In this document: positions 1 through 15,200 of the stretch, piece by piece
Numbering within the stretch: the first letter of the stretch is position 1
Layout: each line of letters begins with the position of its first letter
Assembly: GCF_009914755.1 (NCBI RefSeq)
Contig: NC_060940.1
Length of the DNA: 64,000 nt
Origin: the human T2T-CHM13v2.0 reference genome, Homo sapiens
Direction: 5' to 3' (one strand)
Notes under the pieces: model-generated
What the model saw: the letters and a program-made list of their open reading frames with translations, nothing else
Databases searched by the model: none
What the model was told of the DNA's origin: nothing
Translations under genes and position numbers: made by a program

Positions 1-3000
1 ATTCGATTCCATTCGACGATGATTCCATTCGATTCCGTTTGATGATTCCATTCTATTCTATTCGATGATGATTCCATTCGATTCCATTCGATGATGATTG
101 GATTCGATTCCATTTGATGATTTCATTTGATTCCATTCGTTAATGATTTCGATCAATTCCATTCGATGATTCCATTCGATTCCATTTGATAATGATTACA
201 TCCGAGTCCATTCGATGATTCCCTTTGAGCCTGTTCGATAATTCCATTTGAGTCCAACCAATGATTCCATTCATTTCCATTCAATGATTCCATTCGAGTC
301 CATTTGATCATTCCGGTAGGGTCCATTCGATGTTGATTCCATTGGAGTGCATTCGATGATTCCATTCGAGTCCATTTTAGGATTTGATTCGAGTCCTTTC
401 GATGATTCCATTCGATTCCACTCGATGATGATTTCATTCGAGTCCATTCGACACTTCCAATCGATTCCATTTGATGATTCCATTCGAGTCCAATTGATGA
501 TTCCATTCAATTCCATTCGATGATGATTCCGTACGATTCCATTCTGTGATGATTCCATGTGATTGCATTCAATGATGATTCCTTTCGATTGTATTCGATT
601 ATGATTCATTTCGTGTTCATTCTATGGTTCCACAGGTTTCCATTCGTGTCCATTCCATTATTCCATTCTATTCCATTTGATGATGATTCCATTCGATTCC
701 ATTCATTGGTGATTCCACTCAATTCCATTCAATGATTCCATTCCATTTCTTTCAACAATGATTCCATTAGTTTCTAATCGATGATCCACTTGATTCCATT
801 TGACGACGATTCCATTCTTGTCCATTCGATGATTCCATTTGATTCCATATGATGATGATTCCATTCGATTCCATACCATGATGATTCCATTCGAGTCCAT
901 TCAATGGTGATTCCATTCAATTCCATTCGATGATTCCTTTTGATTCCATTCGATGATGATGGCATTCGATTCCTTTCAATCATTCCCTTTGATTCCATTC
1001 AAAGGTGATTTCATTCAAGTCCATTCGATAATTGCATTCGATTCCATTCTATGATGATTCCATTCGAGTCCATTTGATGATTCCATTCAATTCAAGTCAA
1101 TGATGATTCCATTCGATTCCATTCGATGATTCCATTGGATTCCATTCGATGATGATTCCATTCAAATCCATTCGATAATTCAATTCAAGTCCATTCGATG
1201 ATGATTCCAATCGAATCCATTCAAAGATTCCATTCAGTTCCATTCGATGATTCCCTTAGATTCCATTCGATGATTCCACTTGATTGCATTTACGATGATT
1301 CCATTCGATTCCATGTGATGATTCCATTCAATTCTATTCAATGATGTCTCCATTTGATTCCATTCGACCATGATTGCCTTTGATTCCATTCAATGATTCC
1401 ATTCGGTTCCGTTTGATGATGATTCCGTTCGATTCCATTTGATGATTCCATTTGATTCCATTGGATGAGTCCATTCGATTACATTCGATGATTATTCCAT
1501 TCGAGTGCATTAGATGATTCCATTCGAGTCCATTCGATGATTCCATTCGATTCCATTCGATGTTGATTCTGTTCAAATCCATTCGATGATTCCACTCGAT
1601 TCCATTCGTTGACTCCATTTGATCCCATTCGATGATTTCCTTTGATTCCCTTTGATGATCATTCCATTTGATTCAATTCGGTGATTTCATTTGATTCCAT
1701 TCAGTGATGTTTCCATTCGACTCCATTCGATGATGATTCCATTCGACTCCATTCGATTATGATTTCATTCAATTCCATTCGATAATGATTCCCTTCGAGT
1801 CCATTCGATGATTCCATTCGATTCCATTCAACGATGATTTGATTCGTGTCCATTCGATGATTCCATTTGATTCCACTTGATGATGATTCCATTCGAGTCC
1901 ATTTGATGATTCCATTCAATTCCATACTCCGATGATTTCTTTTGAGCCCACTCAATGCTTCCACTCGATTCCATATGATGATGACTCCATTCGATGAAAT
2001 TCGATGATGATTCCATTCGCTTGCTTTCGATGATGATTCCACTTGAGTCCGTTAGAAGATTCTATTCAATTACATTCCATGACGATTCCGTTCGAGTCCA
2101 TTTGATGATTCCATTAGACTCCATTCGACGATGATTCCATTCGATGTTATTCGATGATTCCATTCGATCTCATTCGATGATGATTCCATTCAACTCCATT
2201 CGATGTTTCCATTCGAGTTCATTCTATTATTCCATTAGATTCCATTCGATGATGATTCCATTCGATTCCATTTGATGATTGCATTCTATTTCATTTGATG
2301 ATGATTCCATTCGAGTCCACTCGATGATTCCATTCGAGTCCATTTAATGAATCCATTGGTTTCAATTCTATGATGATTACATTGGATTCCATTCGTTGAT
2401 GATTTCATTCGGTTCCATTCAATGATGATTCCATTCAATTCCTTTCAATGTTTCCATTCAATTCCATACGATGATGATTCCATTTGATTTGATTCGACAG
2501 TGAGCCATTCGATTCAATTCCATGACGATTCTATTTGATTCAATTGGTTGACATTTCCATTCGATTCCATTCGATGATGATTCCCTTTGATTCCGTTCAA
2601 AGATGATTCCATTCTAGCCCATTCAATCATTCCATTCGATTCTATTCAATGATGATTCCATTCATGTCGATTTGGTGATTCCATTTGACTTCATTTGATG
2701 ATGATTCCTTTCAAGTTCATTAGATGATTCCATTCGATTCCATTTGATGATGATCCCATTCGAGTCCATTCAGTGATTCCATTCGTTTCCATTCCATGAT
2801 GATTCCATTCCTTTCCATTCAATGATTCCATTCGATTCCGTTTGATGATGATTTCATTCGAGTCCATTTGATGATTCCATTTGATTCCATTCGATGATGA
2901 TTCCATTCGAGTCCATTCGATGATTCTATTCGAATCCATTTGATGATTTCCTTTAATTATATTTGGTGATGATTCCATTGGAGTCCATTCAATGATTCCA

Positions 3001-6000
3001 TTCTATTCCAATCGATGATGATTCCATTAGAGTCCATTTAATGATTCCATTTGATTCCAGTCTCTGATGATTACATTCGAGTCCATACGATGATTCCACT
3101 CAATTCCATATGATGATGATTCCATTTGATTCCATTCGGTGATTCCATTCTATTCTATTCAATGGTGATTCCATTCGAGTACATTAGATGATTCCATTCG
3201 ATTCCATTCAATGATGATTCTATTTGTGTCCCTTAGATGATTCCGCATGATTCCATTAGATGATGATACTATTTGAGCCCATCCAATGATTCCCTTCGAT
3301 TCCATTCGATGAGGATTCCATTCGATTCAATTCATTGGTGATTCTATTCAATTCAATTCGTTGATTCCATTCCATTCCATTCGACAATGATTCCATTCGA
3401 TTTCTTTCGATGATTCCACTCGATTCCACTTGACATTGATTCCATTCGATTCCATTCAATGATTCCATTTGATTCCAGTGGATGATGATTGCCATCGATT
3501 CCATTCGATCACTCCATTCTATTCCATTTGATGATGATTACATTCGATTCCATTTGATGATTCCATCTGATTCTATTCGAGGATTCCATTTGATTCCATT
3601 CGATGATGATTCCATTCGAGTCCATTCGATGATTTCATTCGAGTACATCCAATGATTCCATTCGAGTCCATTAGATGATTCCATTTGATTCCATTTGAAA
3701 ATGATTCTACTAGAGTCCATTCAATGACTCCATTCGAGTCCATTCAACAATTCCATTCGACTCCATTCGATGATTCCATTCGATTCCATTTGATGGTTCC
3801 ATTCGAGTCCATTTAATCATTACAGTCGAGTCCATTTGGTGATTCCACTGGATTTCTTTTGATAATGATACCATTCAATTACATTTGATGATGATCCCAT
3901 TCAATTTCATTTGATGATGATTCCATTAGAGTCCATTCGATGATTTCATTCGAGTCCCTTCATTGATTCCATCCGATTTCATTGGATGATGACTCCATTC
4001 GAGTCCATTCGATGATTCCACTCGATTCCATTAGATGACTCCATTGGAGTCCATTTGATTGTTCCATTCGATTCCATTCGATTCCTTTCGAAGATTATTC
4101 CATTTGAGTCCATTCGATGATGATTCCATTCCATTCCATTCGATGATTCCGTTTGATTCCATTCGATGATTCCCTTCGATTCCTTTCTTTGATGATTCCA
4201 TTCCATTCCATTCAATGATTCCATTCGAATCTATTCCATGATGATTCCTTTCGATTCCATTCGCTGATGTTTCCGTTCAATTCCATTCGATGATGATTCC
4301 ATTCGATTCCATTCATTGAGGATTCCATTTGATTCCATTCAATGATGATTCCATTCTATTCCATTCAATGATTGCATTCAATTCCATTCAATGATTATCC
4401 CCTTAGAGTAAACTCAACGATTCCATTCAATACCATTCGATGATGATTCCTTTTGAGTCCATTCAATGATTTCATTCAAGTCCATTTGATGATTCCTTTC
4501 AATTCCATTCTATGATGATTCCATTCGAGTCCATTCGATGATTCCATTCGATTGCATTCGATGATTCCATTATATTCCATTCAACAGTGATTCCATTCGA
4601 GTCAATTCCATGATTCCATTAGAGTACATTTAATGATTGCTTTGTTTTCAATTCGAAGATGATTACATTGGATTCCATTCTATGATACCATTCGATTCCA
4701 TTCAATGATGATTCCACTCAAATCCATTGGATGATTCCATTCGTGTCCATTCGGTGATTTCATTACATTCCATTCGAGGATGATTCCATTCGATTCCATT
4801 CGATGATTCCATTCAATTCCATTCGATGATGATTCCATTCCAGTCCATATGATCATTCCATTTGATTTCATTCGATGATGATTCCATTCGATTCGATTCG
4901 ACGATTCCATTCTATTCCATTCGATGATGATTCCATTCGAGTCCATTCGATGATTCCATTCGAGTCCATTTAATGATTCCATTGGGTTCAATTCAATGAT
5001 GATTACATTGGATTCCGTTCTATGATTCCATTCAATTCCGTTCATTGACAATTTGATTCCATTCGATGATGATTCCATTTGAGTTCATTCGATGATTCTA
5101 TTCGATTCTCTTCGATGGTGATTCAATTCTATTATATTGGATGATTCCATTCGATTCCATTTGATGTTGATTCAATTCGATTCTATTCGATGATGATTCC
5201 ATTGGATTTCACTTGATGATTCTATTCGATTCCATTCAATGATGATTCACTTCTCGTCCATTGGATGATTCCATTTCATTCCATTCGATGATGATTCCAT
5301 TCGATTCCATTCGATGATTCCATTTGATTCCATGCGACGGTGAGCAATTCGATTCAATTCCATGATGATTCTATTTGATTCAATTAGATGATGTTTCCAT
5401 TCGAATCCATTCCATGATTATTCCATTGGAATCCATTCGGCGATGATTCCATATGAGTCAATTCAATGATGATTCCATATGGGTCCGTTCGATGATAATT
5501 CCATTTGATTTCATTCGATGCTTCTATTCTATTCCAGTCGATGATGATTCCGTTGGAGTCCATACGATGATTCCATTTGATTTCATTTGATGATGATTCC
5601 ATTCGATGATGATTACATTGGATTCCATTCTATGATTCCATTCAATTCCATTCGTTGATGATTCGATTCCATTCAATGATGATTCCATTTGAGTTCATTC
5701 GATGATTCTATTCGATTCCGTTCGATGGTGATTCAATTCTATTATATTGGATGATTCCACTCGATTCCATTTGATGATTATTCCATTGGAGTCCACTTAG
5801 TGAATCCTTTAGATTCTACTCGACGATGATTCCATTCGAGTCCATTCGATGATACCATTCAATTCCATTCGTTGATGCTTCCATTCAAGTGCATTCGATG
5901 ATATCATTCGATTCCATTTGATGATAATTCCATTTGATTCCGTGCGATGATTCTATTCGATTCCATTCAATGATAATTCCATTCAATTCAGTGATTCCTC

Positions 6001-6112
6001 TGGACTCCATTTGATGATGATTCCATTCAATGATTCCATTCGATTCTATTCGAAAATGATTCCATTTGAATCCATTTGATGATGATTCCATTAGATTCCA
6101 TTTGATGATTCC
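1..6112 (+). repeat. Higher-order unit copy 1 (6112 bp; phase set arbitrarily at the window start; used as reference coordinates)
   Basis: Landmarks such as CATTCCGGTAGGGTCC (~309), GGTTCCACAGG (~626) and CCCCTTAGAGTAAACTC (~4399) recur 6112 bp later. Confidence 0.95.
4996..5776 (+). repeat. Internal ~170-bp direct duplication inside the 6.1-kb unit (~4996-5166 and ~5606-5776, 610 bp apart)
   Basis: Both copies read GATTACATTGGATTCC(G/A)TTCTATGATTCC...TTTGAGTTCATTCGATGATTCTATTCGATTC..TTCGATGGTGATTCAATTCTATTATATTGGATGATTCCA. GATTACATTG starts at 5001 and 5611. Confidence 0.85.
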
Positions 6113-9100
6113 ATTCGATTCCATTCGACGATGATTCCATTCGATTCCGTTTGATGATTCCATTCTATTCTATTCGATGATGATTCCATTCGATTCCATT
6201 CGATGATGATTGGATTCGATTCCATTTGATGATTTCATTTGATTCCATTCGTTAATGATTTCGATCAATTCCATTCGATGATTCCATTCGATTCCATTTG
6301 ATAATGATTACATCCGAGTCCATTCGATGATTCCCTTTGAGCCTGTTCGATAATTCCATTTGAGTCCAACCAATGATTCCATTCATTTCCATTCAATGAT
6401 TCCATTCGAGTCCATTTGATCATTCCGGTAGGGTCCATTCGATGTTGATTCCATTGGAGTGCATTCGATGATTCCATTCGAGTCCATTTTAGGATTTGAT
6501 TCGAGTCCTTTCGATGATTCCATTCGATTCCACTCGATGATGATTTCATTCGAGTCCATTCGACACTTCCAATCGATTCCATTTGATGATTCCATTCGAG
6601 TCCAATTGATGATTCCATTCAATTCCATTCGATGATGATTCCGTACGATTCCATTCTGTGATGATTCCATGTGATTGCATTCAATGATGATTCCTTTCGA
6701 TTGTATTCGATTATGATTCATTTCGTGTTCATTCTATGGTTCCACAGGTTTCCATTCGTGTCCATTCCATTATTCCATTCTATTCCATTTGATGATGATT
6801 CCATTCGATTCCATTCATTGGTGATTCCACTCAATTCCATTCAATGATTCCATTCCATTTCTTTCAACAATGATTCCATTAGTTTCTAATCGATGATCCA
6901 CTTGATTCCATTTGACGACGATTCCATTCTTGTCCATTCGATGATTCCATTTGATTCCATATGATGATGATTCCATTCGATTCCATACCATGATGATTCC
7001 ATTCGAGTCCATTCAATGGTGATTCCATTCAATTCCATTCGATGATTCCTTTTGATTCCATTCGATGATGATGGCATTCGATTCCTTTCAATCATTCCCT
7101 TTGATTCCATTCAAAGGTGATTTCATTCAAGTCCATTCGATAATTGCATTCGATTCCATTCTATGATGATTCCATTCGAGTCCATTTGATGATTCCATTC
7201 AATTCAAGTCAATGATGATTCCATTCGATTCCATTCGATGATTCCATTGGATTCCATTCGATGATGATTCCATTCAAATCCATTCGATAATTCAATTCAA
7301 GTCCATTCGATGATGATTCCAATCGAATCCATTCAAAGATTCCATTCAGTTCCATTCGATGATTCCCTTAGATTCCATTCGATGATTCCACTTGATTGCA
7401 TTTACGATGATTCCATTCGATTCCATGTGATGATTCCATTCAATTCTATTCAATGATGTCTCCATTTGATTCCATTCGACCATGATTGCCTTTGATTCCA
7501 TTCAATGATTCCATTCGGTTCCGTTTGATGATGATTCCGTTCGATTCCATTTGATGATTCCATTTGATTCCATTGGATGAGTCCATTCGATTACATTCGA
7601 TGATTATTCCATTCGAGTGCATTAGATGATTCCATTCGAGTCCATTCGATGATTCCATTCGATTCCATTCGATGTTGATTCTGTTCAAATCCATTCGATG
7701 ATTCCACTCGATTCCATTCGTTGACTCCATTTGATCCCATTCGATGATTTCCTTTGATTCCCTTTGATGATCATTCCATTTGATTCAATTCGGTGATTTC
7801 ATTTGATTCCATTCAGTGATGTTTCCATTCGACTCCATTCGATGATGATTCCATTCGACTCCATTCGATTATGATTTCATTCAATTCCATTCGATAATGA
7901 TTCCCTTCGAGTCCATTCGATGATTCCATTCGATTCCATTCAACGATGATTTGATTCGTGTCCATTCGATGATTCCATTTGATTCCACTTGATGATGATT
8001 CCATTCGAGTCCATTTGATGATTCCATTCAATTCCATACTCCGATGATTTCTTTTGAGCCCACTCAATGCTTCCACTCGATTCCATATGATGATGACTCC
8101 ATTCGATGAAATTCGATGATGATTCCATTCGCTTGCTTTCGATGATGATTCCACTTGAGTCCGTTAGAAGATTCTATTCAATTACATTCCATGACGATTC
8201 CGTTCGAGTCCATTTGATGATTCCATTAGACTCCATTCGACGATGATTCCATTCGATGTTATTCGATGATTCCATTCGATCTCATTCGATGATGATTCCA
8301 TTCAACTCCATTCGATGTTTCCATTCGAGTTCATTCTATTATTCCATTAGATTCCATTCGATGATGATTCCATTCGATTCCATTTGATGATTGCATTCTA
8401 TTTCATTTGATGATGATTCCATTCGAGTCCACTCGATGATTCCATTCGAGTCCATTTAATGAATCCATTGGTTTCAATTCTATGATGATTACATTGGATT
8501 CCATTCGTTGATGATTTCATTCGGTTCCATTCAATGATGATTCCATTCAATTCCTTTCAATGTTTCCATTCAATTCCATACGATGATGATTCCATTTGAT
8601 TTGATTCGACAGTGAGCCATTCGATTCAATTCCATGACGATTCTATTTGATTCAATTGGTTGACATTTCCATTCGATTCCATTCGATGATGATTCCCTTT
8701 GATTCCGTTCAAAGATGATTCCATTCTAGCCCATTCAATCATTCCATTCGATTCTATTCAATGATGATTCCATTCATGTCGATTTGGTGATTCCATTTGA
8801 CTTCATTTGATGATGATTCCTTTCAAGTTCATTAGATGATTCCATTCGATTCCATTTGATGATGATCCCATTCGAGTCCATTCAGTGATTCCATTCGTTT
8901 CCATTCCATGATGATTCCATTCCTTTCCATTCAATGATTCCATTCGATTCCGTTTGATGATGATTTCATTCGAGTCCATTTGATGATTCCATTTGATTCC
9001 ATTCGATGATGATTCCATTCGAGTCCATTCGATGATTCTATTCGAATCCATTTGATGATTTCCTTTAATTATATTTGGTGATGATTCCATTGGAGTCCAT

Positions 9101-12100
9101 TCAATGATTCCATTCTATTCCAATCGATGATGATTCCATTAGAGTCCATTTAATGATTCCATTTGATTCCAGTCTCTGATGATTACATTCGAGTCCATAC
9201 GATGATTCCACTCAATTCCATATGATGATGATTCCATTTGATTCCATTCGGTGATTCCATTCTATTCTATTCAATGGTGATTCCATTCGAGTACATTAGA
9301 TGATTCCATTCGATTCCATTCAATGATGATTCTATTTGTGTCCCTTAGATGATTCCGCATGATTCCATTAGATGATGATACTATTTGAGCCCATCCAATG
9401 ATTCCCTTCGATTCCATTCGATGAGGATTCCATTCGATTCAATTCATTGGTGATTCTATTCAATTCAATTCTTTGATTCCATTCCATTCCATTCGACAAT
9501 GATTCCATTCGATTTCTTTCGATGATTCCACTCGATTCCACTTGACATTGATTCCATTCGATTCCATTCAATGATTCCATTTGATTCCAGTGGATGATGA
9601 TTGCCATCGATTCCATTCGATCACTCCATTCTATTCCATTTGATGATGATTACATTCGATTCCATTTGATGATTCCATCTGATTCTATTCGAGGATTCCA
9701 TTTGATTCCATTCGATGATGATTCCATTCGAGTCCATTCGATGATTTCATTCGAGTACATCCAATGATTCCATTCGAGTCCATTAGATGATTCCATTTGA
9801 TTCCATTTGAAAATGATTCTACTAGAGTCCATTCAATGACTCCATTCGAGTCCATTCAACAATTCCATTCGACTCCATTCGATGATTCCATTCGATTCCA
9901 TTTGATGGTTCCATTCGAGTCCATTTAATCATTACAGTCGAGTCCATTTGGTGATTCCACTGGATTTCTTTTGATAATGATACCATTCAATTACATTTGA
10001 TGATGATCCCATTCAATTTCATTTGATGATGATTCCATTAGAGTCCATTCGATGATTTCATTCGAGTCCCTTCATTGATTCCATCCGATTTCATTGGATG
10101 ATGACTCCATTCGAGTCCATTCGATGATTCCACTCGATTCCATTAGATGACTCCATTGGAGTCCATTTGATTGTTCCATTCGATTCCATTCGATTCCTTT
10201 CGAAGATTATTCCATTTGAGTCCATTCGATGATGATTCCATTCCATTCCATTCGATGATTCCGTTTGATTCCATTCGATGATTCCCTTCGATTCCTTTCT
10301 TTGATGATTCCATTCCATTCCATTCAATGATTCCATTCGAATCTATTCCATGATGATTCCTTTCGATTCCATTCGCTGATGTTTCCGTTCAATTCCATTC
10401 GATGATGATTCCATTCGATTCCATTCATTGAGGATTCCATTTGATTCCATTCAATGATGATTCCATTCTATTCCATTCAATGATTGCATTCAATTCCATT
10501 CAATGATTATCCCCTTAGAGTAAACTCAACGATTCCATTCAATACCATTCGATGATGATTCCTTTTGAGTCCATTCAATGATTTCATTCAAGTCCATTTG
10601 ATGATTCCTTTCAATTCCATTCTATGATGATTCCATTCGAGTCCATTCGATGATTCCATTCGATTGCATTCGATGATTCCATTATATTCCATTCAACAGT
10701 GATTCCATTCGAGTCAATTCCATGATTTCATTAGAGTACATTTAATGATTGCTTTGTTTTCAATTCGAAGATGATTACATTGGATTCCATTCTATGATAC
10801 CATTCGATTCCATTCAATGATGATTCCACTCAAATCCATTGGATGATTCCATTCGTGTCCATTCGGTGATTTCATTACATTCCATTCGAGGATGATTCCA
10901 TTCGATTCCATTCGATGATTCCATTCAATTCCATTCGATGATGATTCCATTCCAGTCCATATGATCATTCCATTTGATTTCATTCGATGATGATTCCATT
11001 CGATTCGATTCGACGATTCCATTCTATTCCATTCGATGATGATTCCATTCGAGTCCATTCGATGATTCCATTCGAGTCCATTTAATGATTCCATTGGGTT
11101 CAATTCAATGATGATTACATTGGATTCCGTTCTATGATTCCATTCAATTCCGTTCATTGACAATTTGATTCCATTCGATGATGATTCCATTTGAGTTCAT
11201 TCGATGATTCTATTCGATTCTCTTCGATGGTGATTCAATTCTATTATATTGGATGATTCCATTCGATTCCATTTGATGTTGATTCAATTCGATTCTATTC
11301 GATGATGATTCCATTGGATTTCACTTGATGATTCTATTCGATTCCATTCAATGATGATTCACTTCTCGTCCATTGGATGATTCCATTTCATTCCATTCGA
11401 TGATGATTCCATTCGATTCCATTCGATGATTCCATTTGATTCCATGCGACGGTGAGCAATTCGATTCAATTCCATGATGATTCTATTTGATTCAATTAGA
11501 TGATGTTTCCATTCGAATCCATTCCATGATTATTCCATTGGAATCCATTCGGCGATGATTCCATATGAGTCAATTCAATGATGATTCCATATGGGTCCGT
11601 TCGATGATAATTCCATTTGATTTCATTCGATGCTTCTATTCTATTCCAGTCGATGATGATTCCGTTGGAGTCCATACGATGATTCCATTTGATTTCATTT
11701 GATGATGATTCCATTCGATGATGATTACATTGGATTCCATTCTATGATTCCATTCAATTCCATTCGTTGATGATTCGATTCCATTCAATGATGATTCCAT
11801 TTGAGTTCATTCGATGATTCTATTCGATTCCGTTCGATGGTGATTCAATTCTATTATATTGGATGATTCCACTCGATTCCATTTGATGATTATTCCATTG
11901 GAGTCCACTTAGTGAATCCTTTAGATTCTACTCGACGATGATTCCATTCGAGTCCATTCGATGATACCATTCAATTCCATTCGTTGATGCTTCCATTCAA
12001 GTGCATTCGATGATATCATTCGATTCCATTTGATGATAATTCCATTTGATTCCATGCGATGATTCTATTCGATTCCATTCAATGATAATTCCATTCAATT

Positions 12101-12224
12101 CAGTGATTCCTCTGGACTCCATTTGATGATGATTCCATTCAATGATTCCATTCGATTCTATTCGAAAATGATTCCATTTGAATCCATTTGATGATGATTC
12201 CATTAGATTCCATTTGATGATTCC
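6113..12224 (+). repeat. Higher-order unit copy 2 (6112 bp)
   Basis: All ORF-track anchors are offset +6112 from copy 1, and the sequence is near-identical. Confidence 0.95.
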
Positions 12225-15200
12225 ATTCGATTCCATTCGACGATGATTCCATTCGATTCCGTTTGATGATTCCATTCTATTCTATTCGATGATGATTCCA
12301 TTCGATTCCATTCGATGATGATTGGATTCGATTCCATTTGATGATTTCATTTGATTCCATTCGTTAATGATTTCGATCAATTCCATTCGATGATTCCATT
12401 CGATTCCATTCGATAATGATTACATCCGAGTCCATTCGATGATTCCCTTTGAGCCTGTTCGATAATTCCATTTGAGTCCAACCAATGATTCCATTCATTT
12501 CCATTCAATGATTCCATTCGAGTCCATTTGATCATTCCGGTAGGGTCCATTCGATGTTGATTCCATTGGAGTGCATTCGATGATTCCATTCGAGTCCATT
12601 TTAGGATTTGATTCGAGTCCTTTCGATGATTCCATTCGATTCCACTCGATGATGATTTCATTCGAGTCCATTCGACACTTCCAATCGATTCCATTTGATG
12701 ATTCCATTCGAGTCCAATTGATGATTCCATTCAATTCCATTCGATGATGATTCCGTACGATTCCATTCTGTGATGATTCCATGTGATTGCATTCAATGAT
12801 GATTCCTTTCGATTGCATTCGATTATGATTCATTTCGTGTTCATTCTATGGTTCCACAGGTTTCCATTCGTGTCCATTCCATTATTCCATTCTATTCCAT
12901 TTGATGATGATTCCATTCGATTCCATTCATTGGTGATTCCACTCAATTCCATTCAATGATTCCATTCCATTTCTTTCAACAATGATTCCATTAGTTTCTA
13001 ATCGATGATCCACTTGATTCCATTTGACGACGATTCCATTCTTGTCCATTCGATGATTCCATTTGATTCCATATGATGATGATTCCATTCGATTCCATAC
13101 CATGATGATTCCATTCGAGTCCATTCAATGGTGATTCCATTCAATTCCATTCGATGATTCCTTTTGATTCCATTCGATGATGATGGCATTCGATTCCTTT
13201 CAATCATTCCCTTTGATTCCATTCAAAGGTGATTTCATTCAAGTCCATTCGATAATTGCATTCGATTCCATTCTATGATGATTCCATTCGAGTCCATTTG
13301 ATGATTCCATTCAATTCAAGTCAATGATGATTCCATTCGATTCCATTCGATGATTCCATTGGATTCCATTCGATGATGATTCCATTCAAATCCATTCGAT
13401 AATTCAATTCAAGTCCATTCGATGATGATTCCAATCGAATCCATTCAAAGATTCCATTCAGTTCCATTCGATGATTCCCTTAGATTCCATTCGATGATTC
13501 CACTTGATTGCATTTACGATGATTCCATTCGATTCCATGTGATGATTCCATTCAATTCTATTCAATGATGTCTCCATTTGATTCCATTCGACCATGATTG
13601 CCTTTGATTCCATTCAATGATTCCATTCGGTTCCGTTTGATGATGATTCCGTTCGATTCCATTTGATGATTCCATTTGATTCCATTGGATGAGTCCATTC
13701 GATTACATTCGATGATTATTCCATTCGAGTGCATTAGATGATTCCATTCGAGTCCATTCGATGATTCCATTCGATTCCATTCGATGTTGATTCTGTTCAA
13801 ATCCATTCGATGATTCCACTCGATTCCATTCGTTGACTCCATTTGATCCCATTCGATGATTTCCTTTGATTCCCTTTGATGATCATTCCATTTGATTCAA
13901 TTCGGTGATTTCATTTGATTCCATTCAGTGATGTTTCCATTCGACTCCATTCGATGATGATTCCATTCGACTCCATTCGATTATGATTTCATTCAATTCC
14001 ATTCGATAATGATTCCCTTCGAGTCCATTCGATGATTCCATTCGATTCCATTCAACGATGATTTGATTCGTGTCCATTCGATGATTCCATTTGATTCCAC
14101 TTGATGATGATTCCATTCGAGTCCATTTGATGATTCCATTCAATTCCATACTCCGATGATTTCTTTTGAGCCCACTCAATGCTTCCACTCGATTCCATAT
14201 GATGATGACTCCATTCGATGAAATTCGATGATGATTCCATTCGCTTGCTTTCGATGATGATTCCACTTGAGTCCGTTAGAAGATTCTATTCAATTACATT
14301 CCATGACGATTCCGTTCGAGTCCATTTGATGATTCCATTAGACTCCATTCGACGATGATTCCATTCGATGTTATTCGATGATTCCATTCGATCTCATTCG
14401 ATGATGATTCCATTCAACTCCATTCGATGTTTCCATTCGAGTTCATTCTATTATTCCATTAGATTCCATTCGATGATGATTCCATTCGATTCCATTTGAT
14501 GATTGCATTCTATTTCATTTGATGATGATTCCATTCGAGTCCACTCGATGATTCCATTCGAGTCCATTTAATGAATCCATTGGTTTCAATTCTATGATGA
14601 TTACATTGGATTCCATTCGTTGATGATTTCATTCGGTTCCATTCAATGATGATTCCATTCAATTCCTTTCAATGTTTCCATTCAATTCCATACGATGATG
14701 ATTCCATTTGATTTGATTCGACAGTGAGCCATTCGATTCAATTCCATGGCGATTCTATTTGATTCAATTGGTTGACATTTCCATTCGATTCCATTCGATG
14801 ATGATTCCCTTTGATTCCGTTCAAAGATGATTCCATTCTAGCCCATTCAATCATTCCATTCGATTCTATTCAATGATGATTCCATTCATGTCGATTTGGT
14901 GATTCCATTTGACTTCATTTGATGATGATTCCTTTCAAGTTCATTAGATGATTCCATTCGATTCCATTTGATGATGATCCCATTCGAGTCCATTCAGTGA
15001 TTCCATTCGTTTCCATTCCATGATGATTCCATTCCTTTCCATTCAATGATTCCATTCGATTCCGTTTGATGATGATTTCATTCGAGTCCATTTGATGATT
15101 CCATTTGATTCCATTCGATGATGATTCCATTCGAGTCCATTCGATGATTCTATTCGAATCCATTTGATGATTTCTTTTGATTATATTTGGTGATGATTCC

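Noticed and set aside
5421-5482. Short palindromes TTCCATTGGAA and CCATATGG as possible hairpin or regulatory sites
   Set aside because: The stems are only 4-5 bp and arise from one or two substitutions in the monomer. There is no evidence of function.
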